The notes under the pieces: model-generated
Databases searched by the model: none
The model's input: the letters and a program-made list of their open reading frames with translations, nothing else
Told to the model about the DNA's origin: nothing
Position numbers and translations under genes: made by a program
Part shown: positions 58,103-64,000 of the stretch, in pieces
How the letters are laid out: the number at the start of each line of letters is the position of its first letter
Numbering within the stretch: position 1 is the stretch's first letter
Source of the DNA: an uncultured Actinomycetota bacterium
GTDB lineage: Bacteria; Actinomycetota; Actinomycetes; JAFAQI01
NCBI GenBank assembly: GCA_963770565.1
Contig: CAVYQE010000001.1
Span: 1,056,001-1,120,000, forward strand
Reading direction: 5' to 3'
DNA length: 64,000 bases

Positions 58103-59027
58103 CCGCGTTGAGACCGAGGTCGATGGCCGTCAGCTGAGCCTGTCCAACCTCGACAAGGTGCTCTACCCAGAGCCCGGCTTCACCAAGGCCGCGGTAATCG
58201 ACTATTACGCGCGGATCGCGCCGGTCATGCTCGGGCACCTGCGCGACCGGCCCCTGACCTTCCGCCGCTTCCCCGACGGGGTGGACCGGCCGTCCTTCTT
58301 CGCCAAGAACATGCCGCCGGGCGCGCCGTCGTGGCTGCGGACGGTGACCGTCGCGTCGAGGAGTGGCCGCAGCGCGCGCGACGGTTCGGGGGAGACCGCG
58401 ACCGTCACCTACGTGATCTGCGATGACCGGCCGACGTTGATCTGGGCGGCAAACCTCGCCGCGATCGAGTTCCACGTCCCGCTCTGGCGGGAGCAAAAGG
58501 GCGAGCCGGTGCCGGCCGCGCCGGACCACCTGGTCTTCGACCTCGATCCCGGACCCGGCACGTCCGTCGTCGAGTGCGCCCGGATCGGGCTCTGGCTGGC
58601 CGAGCGGCTCACGACGTACGACGTCGAGCCGCCGGTCGTGAAGACCAGCGGCTCGAAGGGACTCCAGCTGTACGCGTCGTACCGCACGAGGCCTGACTGG
58701 TCGCAGGCGCGTGACCTGGCGTTCGAGATCGCCGACGCGGTTGCCACCGACCATCCCGAACTGGTCGTGACGAACATGCGCAAGGACCTGCGCAACGGCC
58801 GGGTCCTGATCGACTGGAGCCAGAACCATCCGGTGAAGACCACCGTCGCGGCATATTCATTGCGCGCGCTGCCCGAGCCGACGGTGTCGACGCCGGTCAG
58901 CTGGGACGAAGTGACGGACTGTGAGCGACGTGGCGATCCGGCCGTGCTGCGGTTCGTGGCCGCGCAGGTGCTCGAGCGGGTCGAGCGGTACGGCGACCTG
59001 TTCGCCGCGGTGGCCGGATCAGGCTGA
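58092..59027 (+). CDS. ligD: LigD polymerase/primase module (stand-alone)
   Basis: LSNLDKVLYP, RFPDG, FFAKN, FDLDP, KTSGSKG, IDWSQN, AAYSLRA. Confidence 0.9.
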   Translation: MSPDRVETEVDGRQLSLSNLDKVLYPEPGFTKAAVIDYYARIAPVMLGHLRDRPLTFRRFPDGVDRPSFFAKNMPPGAPSWLRTVTVASRSGRSARDGSGETATVTYVICDDRPTLIWAANLAAIEFHVPLWREQKGEPVPAAPDHLVFDLDPGPGTSVVECARIGLWLAERLTTYDVEPPVVKTSGSKGLQLYASYRTRPDWSQARDLAFEIADAVATDHPELVVTNMRKDLRNGRVLIDWSQNHPVKTTVAAYSLRALPEPTVSTPVSWDEVTDCERRGDPAVLRFVAAQVLERVERYGDLFAAVAGSG

Positions 59028-60002
59028 TGCGCTGGCCCGCCGGCGGCGGGCCTTCGGCGTCGCACCGGCCGCGCTGAGCGCGGCGACCAGCTCGTTCTTG
59101 TTCATCCCCGATCGGCCGGCGACGTCGTACTCGGTAGCGAGCGCGAGCAGCTCGGGCTTGGTCAGGTCGGCCAACCCGGACTCCGCCGGATCGGACCGGG
59201 CCGGCTCGGCGGCCGGCTCGCCGTTCTTGGCGCGAGCGACCGAAGCCTCGAGCGCGGCCATCAGGTCGACCACGTTGGTCTTCGGTTTGGTGACCGACTT
59301 CGGGACGACCGCGTTGCCCTGCCGCTTGCGCTCGATCAGCTCCTCGATCCGGGCCCGGTAGGTGTTGTGGTAGCGCTCGGGCTCCCAGTCGACGCTCAAC
59401 GACTCGACCAGCGTCTTTGCCACGTCGAGCTCGCGCCCTTCGAACGTGACCTGCTCGGGCAGCGTCTCGAGCTCCTCGCTGGCCGAGCGGATCTCCGCCG
59501 GGAAGAACATCGTCTCGAGGATCAGGGCTTGATCGCCCGGGCGGATCGCGACCAGGTGCTCCTTGTCGCGCAGGATGAGGGTCGCGATGCCGATCTTGTT
59601 GGTCTCCTGCATGGCCTGCCGCAGCAGCGAGTACGCCCGGTCCGCGCCCTTGCCGCGCGGCGCCAGGTAGTACGACGCACGGAAGTGCACCGGGTCGATG
59701 CTGGCGAGATCGACGAAGTCGCTGATCTCGATCAGCTCGGACTTGCCGGGGGCGGCCTCCTTGAGCTCCTCCTTGGTGACGATCACGTACTCGCCATCAC
59801 CCGGGTCGTAGCCGTTGACGATGTCCTCGGCCGGCACCTCTTCACCGGTGACCTCGTCGACCTTCTTGTACCGGATCCGGTGCGAGGTGCCCTTGTGGAT
59901 CTGGTTGAAGTGCACGGTCTGGTCTTCGGTCGCCCGGAACATGCCGACCGGCACGCTGACCAAGCCGAAACTGACGAAGCCGGTCCACAGCGCCCGCGCC
60001 AT
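59019..60002 (-). CDS. ku: NHEJ protein Ku with Rho_N-like C-terminal domain
   Basis: MARALWTG.VSFGLVSVPV, RIRYK, YYLAP, VVDLMAALEASV, tail LTKPELLALA...VAGRSGMNK.ELV. Confidence 0.93.
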   Translation of the reverse strand: MARALWTGFVSFGLVSVPVGMFRATEDQTVHFNQIHKGTSHRIRYKKVDEVTGEEVPAEDIVNGYDPGDGEYVIVTKEELKEAAPGKSELIEISDFVDLASIDPVHFRASYYLAPRGKGADRAYSLLRQAMQETNKIGIATLILRDKEHLVAIRPGDQALILETMFFPAEIRSASEELETLPEQVTFEGRELDVAKTLVESLSVDWEPERYHNTYRARIEELIERKRQGNAVVPKSVTKPKTNVVDLMAALEASVARAKNGEPAAEPARSDPAESGLADLTKPELLALATEYDVAGRSGMNKNELVAALSAAGATPKARRRRASASA

Positions 60003-60103
60003 GTGATCTCCCGTCGGTCGCCCGCCCATACCGAGCTGCCCTGGCGTCACGGCAGCGTCATTCGGGGGTCTTCTGGGGCCTTTACCCCCACCGTGATTGT
60101 CGC

Positions 60104-61423
60104 ATGCGAGCCTCATTGGTGATGACCCTCGACTTGGAGGCGTTCGAGCCTGCTGGGCGCGGCGGCGACACTCTCGCCGGGCGCCGCAGCCGGGCGCAGC
60201 TGCGCCGGATGAAATCCACCGCGGTCGGCTTCCTGGCCGTGGCCGCCGCGATCTATGCCGCGACATTTGCTGACAAAAGTGGTGGCACCGGCTGGGTCGG
60301 CTTCGTCCGGGCCGGGGCCGAGGCGGCCATGGTCGGCGGCTTGGCCGACTGGTTCGCTGTCACGGCGTTGTTCCGGCATCCGCTGCGGCTGCCCATCCCG
60401 CACACCGCGATCATCCCGGAGAACAAGGACGAGATCGCCACCAAGCTCGGCACGTTCGTGACGAAGAACTTCCTCACCCCGGACCTGTTGGCCGAGCACC
60501 TGGCCGACGCGCACCTGGTGGCGCGGTTCGGCGCCTGGCTACGCGAGCCGGCCAATGCCACCGGGCTTGCCGCCGAGGTCTCGCGGGCGATGTCGGTCGC
60601 GCTCGACGCGCTCGACCGCGACACCGTCTTCGACTACGTGCTTGAGCTGACCCGCCGCGACCTGACCCGCCGGTCCTACTCACCGATCCTCGGGCAGCTA
60701 CTGGGCCGCGCAGTGCAGGGCGAGGCGCAACGACCGCTCGTCGACCTGTTGGCGGCGAGCGCGCACCGCTACATCGCGGAGAACCGCGAGATGCTCCGCC
60801 CGCAGATCAAGGAGTATCTCGAGAGTCGGCACTTCCTGGTCTGGCTGCTGATCACCGATCGGCGGACCGACCGGTTGATCGACTTCGCGCTTCGCGAGCT
60901 CGACGAGATCGGTCTCGATCAGGCGCACCCGTTGCGGTTGCGCCTCGACGAGCTGTTGCGCACGTTTGCCGCAGACCTCGAGACCAATCCGGTCACCGCG
61001 GCGCGGATGGACTTCGCGATCCGGCGGCTGTTCGAGGACGAACGCTTCCAGCAGCCGTTGCGGCGTTTCGTCGAGGAGGCCGCCGAGTCGTTGCGCGCCT
61101 CGCTCAACGACGTCGGGAGCGGCCTCGCGCCCCGGGTGGCGCAGTTCATCCAGGACATCGGGCGCCGGATCGGCACCGACCCGGCGTTCGAGGCGACCGT
61201 CGAGGCATGGCTGCGCCGGGCCGTGCTGCATGCGGTTCGCGACTACGGTGACGAGCTCACGGTCTTGATCGAGCGCACGGTCGCCGGCTGGAATCCCGAC
61301 GCGGCCGCGCGTCGGATCGAGCTCGCGGTCGGACGCGACCTGCAGTTCATCCGGATCAACGGCACCGTGGTGGGCGCGCTCGCCGGCCTCGCGATCCACG
61401 CGCTGACCGTCGCGTTCGGCTGA
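60104..61423 (+). CDS. DUF445 family membrane protein
   Basis: EAAMVGGLADWFAVTALFRHP, PHTAIIP, IELAVGRDLQFIRINGTVVG. Confidence 0.92.
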   Translation: MRASLVMTLDLEAFEPAGRGGDTLAGRRSRAQLRRMKSTAVGFLAVAAAIYAATFADKSGGTGWVGFVRAGAEAAMVGGLADWFAVTALFRHPLRLPIPHTAIIPENKDEIATKLGTFVTKNFLTPDLLAEHLADAHLVARFGAWLREPANATGLAAEVSRAMSVALDALDRDTVFDYVLELTRRDLTRRSYSPILGQLLGRAVQGEAQRPLVDLLAASAHRYIAENREMLRPQIKEYLESRHFLVWLLITDRRTDRLIDFALRELDEIGLDQAHPLRLRLDELLRTFAADLETNPVTAARMDFAIRRLFEDERFQQPLRRFVEEAAESLRASLNDVGSGLAPRVAQFIQDIGRRIGTDPAFEATVEAWLRRAVLHAVRDYGDELTVLIERTVAGWNPDAAARRIELAVGRDLQFIRINGTVVGALAGLAIHALTVAFG

Positions 61424-61436
61424 GAGGGGAGTCGGC

Positions 61437-61889
61437 ATGGAGTTCACCACCGAGGTCCTGCTCCATGGCAAGACCGCGACCGGGTTCGTCGTACCGGATG
61501 AAGTCGTGGAGGCGCTGGGCTCCGGCAGGCGCCCGAAGGTCCGGGTCACGGTCGGCCCGCACACCTACCGCTCGACGGTGGTGCCGATGAGTGGGCAGTT
61601 TGTCCTCGCGCTCAATGCGGAGAACCGTACGGCGGCGGGCGTCGCGGCCGGGGATGTCGTGACGGTCCGGCTCGAGGTCGACGGCCAGCCGCGCGAGGTG
61701 GTCGTGCCTGACGACCTGGCCGCGGCATTGTCGGAAGACCGGGTGGCCGGCGAGGCCTTCGAGCGGTTGTCGTTCACCCATCGCAAGGAGTGGGCCCGGT
61801 GGGTGACCGACGCGAAGCGGCCGGAAACCCGCGTGAGCCGGATCGAGCGCACCGTCTCGGAGCTCCGGGCGGGCAAGCGGACCCACTGA
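61437..61889 (+). CDS. DUF1905 plus YdeI/OmpD-associated protein
   Basis: ATG..VP, RPKV.VT, YRSTV, VPDDLAAAL, HRKEW..WV..AKRPETR..RI. Confidence 0.88.
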   Translation: MEFTTEVLLHGKTATGFVVPDEVVEALGSGRRPKVRVTVGPHTYRSTVVPMSGQFVLALNAENRTAAGVAAGDVVTVRLEVDGQPREVVVPDDLAAALSEDRVAGEAFERLSFTHRKEWARWVTDAKRPETRVSRIERTVSELRAGKRTH

Positions 61890-62038
61890 TCCGGAGCGGT
61901 CGGCCACGCCCGGCCCGGGCCTGCCACCTGCGGAATCCGTTGCATTACTGTGACGCCTCGCGGGTTTCCGTTGACGCACGACGGTCACGCCGTAGGATTC
62001 GGTCGCCAAGGTGCACAGGAAGTGGGGACGGTCGCGGG

Positions 62039-63139
62039 GTGGGAGTCGACACGGACGAGTCCGCGGGCGGAACCGGCGGGTCGACTGCCGTCGCGCCTGG
62101 CGCCTCGGTGGCGATCCGGCTCACCGACGTCCGCAAGGCCTACGGCGACGTCACCGCCTTGGCCGGGGTCGATCTCACGATCAACGCCGGTGAGTTCTTC
62201 ACCATGCTCGGGCCGTCCGGGTCGGGCAAGACCACGTTGCTGCGGGTGATCGCCGGCTTCGAGCGGCCCGATGCCGGCGTGGTCGAGCTGCAGGGTCAGG
62301 ACGTGACCAGGCGGCCGCCGTACGACCGGGACGTCAACACGGTCTTCCAGGACTACGCCCTGTTCCCGCACATGACCGTCGCCGACAACGTGGAGTACGG
62401 CCTTCGGGTCCACAAGGTGGATCGCAACCGGCGGCGGTCCCGCGCGGAGGAAACCCTCGAGATGGTCGGCCTGAAGGGCCTGGGCGGCCGCAAGCCGGCC
62501 CAGCTTTCCGGTGGCCAGCGGCAGCGGGTCGCGCTGGCCCGCGCGATCGTGAACGAGCCGGCCGTGCTGCTGCTGGACGAGCCGCTGGGCGCGCTCGACC
62601 TCAAGCTCCGGCAAGGCATGCAGATCGAGCTCAAGCGGATCCAGCGTGAGGTGGGCATCACCTTCGTCTATGTCACCCATGACCAGGAGGAAGCGCTCAC
62701 CATGAGCGACCGGGTGGCCGTGTTCAACAACGGCCAGATCGAGCAGATCGGGTCGCCGGTCGACATCTACGAGCAGCCGACCACCGAGTTCGTCGCCGGC
62801 TTCGTCGGGGTCTCCAACCTGATCGAGCGCGACGGCCGCAACCTCTCGATCCGGCCCGAACGAGTCGAGCTGCTCCCGGCCGGAAGCCCGGCACCGCCCA
62901 GCACGGTCGCGGAGCCGGGCGTCATCACCGACGCGGTCTTCCTCGGCATGATGACCCGTTACACGGTCGCGCTCGACAGCGGCGGCAGCCTGATCGCCGT
63001 CCGGCCGAACCTCGAACGCTCCTCGCTCAGCCAGGAAGACCCACGTGGGCGGCACGTCGTAGCCGCGTGGCGCACGGATCAGGCGCACGACATTGAACTG
63101 TCCGCTACTTCGGCGGCCGGCCAGCAAAGAGAGTGGTGA
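62039..63139 (+). CDS. ABC transporter ATP-binding protein (PotA/YdcT-like)
   Basis: GPSGSGKT, VFQDYALFPH, LSGGQRQRVALARA, LLLDEPLGALD, VTHDQEEA, TOBE tail. Start approximate. Confidence 0.93.
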   Translation: MGVDTDESAGGTGGSTAVAPGASVAIRLTDVRKAYGDVTALAGVDLTINAGEFFTMLGPSGSGKTTLLRVIAGFERPDAGVVELQGQDVTRRPPYDRDVNTVFQDYALFPHMTVADNVEYGLRVHKVDRNRRRSRAEETLEMVGLKGLGGRKPAQLSGGQRQRVALARAIVNEPAVLLLDEPLGALDLKLRQGMQIELKRIQREVGITFVYVTHDQEEALTMSDRVAVFNNGQIEQIGSPVDIYEQPTTEFVAGFVGVSNLIERDGRNLSIRPERVELLPAGSPAPPSTVAEPGVITDAVFLGMMTRYTVALDSGGSLIAVRPNLERSSLSQEDPRGRHVVAAWRTDQAHDIELSATSAAGQQREW

Positions 63140-63141
63140 CC

Positions 63142-64000
63142 ATGAGGCGCAGCAGAAGGCTCAGTGTCGTGATGGCGGCCGCCGTGGGGGCGGTGCTCGT
63201 CGCCGCGTGTGGTTCGAGCAGCTCGGGCGGCAACACCGGCACGGGTGGCGGGACGACCGGGCTCACCATCCCGACCGCGAAAGACGCGGTGCCGAGCTCG
63301 GTCGGCACGGGCGAGGGCAAGCTCAACATCGTCGCCTGGGAGGGCTACGCGCAGCCGCAGTGGGTGAAGCCGTTCGAGACCGCCACCGGCTGCAAGGTCA
63401 ACGCGAAGTACGCCGGATCGTCCAACGAGATGGTGTCGTTGATGGCGCACGGCGGCGGCGGCCAGTACGACTTGGTGTCCGCCTCCGGTGACGCCGACCT
63501 GCGCCTGATCTACGGCGGCGACGTGCGGCCGATCAACATCAACTTGATCCCGCAGTGGAAGAACTTCCACCCGTTCCTGCAGAACCCTTCGTTCAACACG
63601 ATCGACGGCAAGCACTACGGCACGTCCTACGAGTTCGGCCCGAACGTGTTGCTCTACAACACCCACACCTTCTCGAGCGCGCCGACCTCGTGGTCAGTGC
63701 TCTACAGCAAGAAGTACCAGGGCAAGATCACGGTGCCGGACAACCCGATCCAGATCGCCGATGCCGCGCTCTACCTGTCGAAGACGCAGCCGTCGCTCGG
63801 CATCACCGACCCCTACGAGCTCACTCAGCCGCAGTTCAACGCGACGGTGGCCCTGCTCAAGCAGCAGCAGCCGCTGATCAAGAAGTACTGGGGTCTGGCC
63901 TCGCAGGAGATCACGCTCTTCCAGAGCGGTACGACGGTTGCCGGTGCGGCCTGGCCGTACCAGACCAACACCCTGCAGGCCGCGCACGCACCGGTCGCCG
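63142..64000 (+). CDS. Polyamine-type ABC substrate-binding lipoprotein (YdcS/PotD-like), truncated by window end
   Basis: Hand translation: MRRSRRLSVVMAAAVGAVLVAAC (lipobox), GEGKLNIVAWEGY, WVKPFE..TGC, YDLVSASGDA. Not in the ORF track because it has no stop. Confidence 0.88.
   Translation, partial: MRRSRRLSVVMAAAVGAVLVAACGSSSSGGNTGTGGGTTGLTIPTAKDAVPSSVGTGEGKLNIVAWEGYAQPQWVKPFETATGCKVNAKYAGSSNEMVSLMAHGGGGQYDLVSASGDADLRLIYGGDVRPININLIPQWKNFHPFLQNPSFNTIDGKHYGTSYEFGPNVLLYNTHTFSSAPTSWSVLYSKKYQGKITVPDNPIQIADAALYLSKTQPSLGITDPYELTQPQFNATVALLKQQQPLIKKYWGLASQEITLFQSGTTVAGAAWPYQTNTLQAAHAPVA

Overview
A high-GC (visually about 70%) actinobacterial chromosomal window, densely coding, with no rRNA, tRNA, CRISPR-Cas locus or recognisable IS transposase. 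In order it holds a cell-envelope cluster (DUF3048-like lipoprotein, two LCP proteins, GT2, SpoIID/LytB) and a pirin. Next are sterol/acyl-CoA catabolism genes: a KstR-box-preceded fused acyl-CoA dehydrogenase operon, an acyl-CoA dehydrogenase/MaoC/CaiB operon, and an SDR-echA20-ipdA-ipdB-ipdC block. These are followed by pseudouridine catabolism genes, two ECF sigma modules, an Rv3167c-Rv3168-Rv3169-like block, two tandem ~1,300-aa sedolisin (S53) proteases and a BTAD regulator. The last part carries menB, a sulfotransferase, moaA, lon with a HAIR operator, split LigD plus Ku, and the start of a polyamine-type ABC operon. The most unusual object is a ~1.2-kb cassette (47545-48758). It holds a single AbiEi-like/DUF559-like nuclease-fold gene bracketed by two mutually inverted 77-bp arrays. 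Each array has three 15-bp palindromes (GCAATGTsACATTGC) at an exact 31-bp period, separated by hairpin spacers that show compensatory substitutions. The second highlight is a three-copy operator, TCTGACG-N3-CGTCAGA, which links a local TetR gene to the sterol C/D-ring genes in place of a KstR2 box. About eight frameshifts between 18 and 31.5 kb look like assembly errors rather than true pseudogenes. All product calls come from motif recognition by eye; no database search was run.
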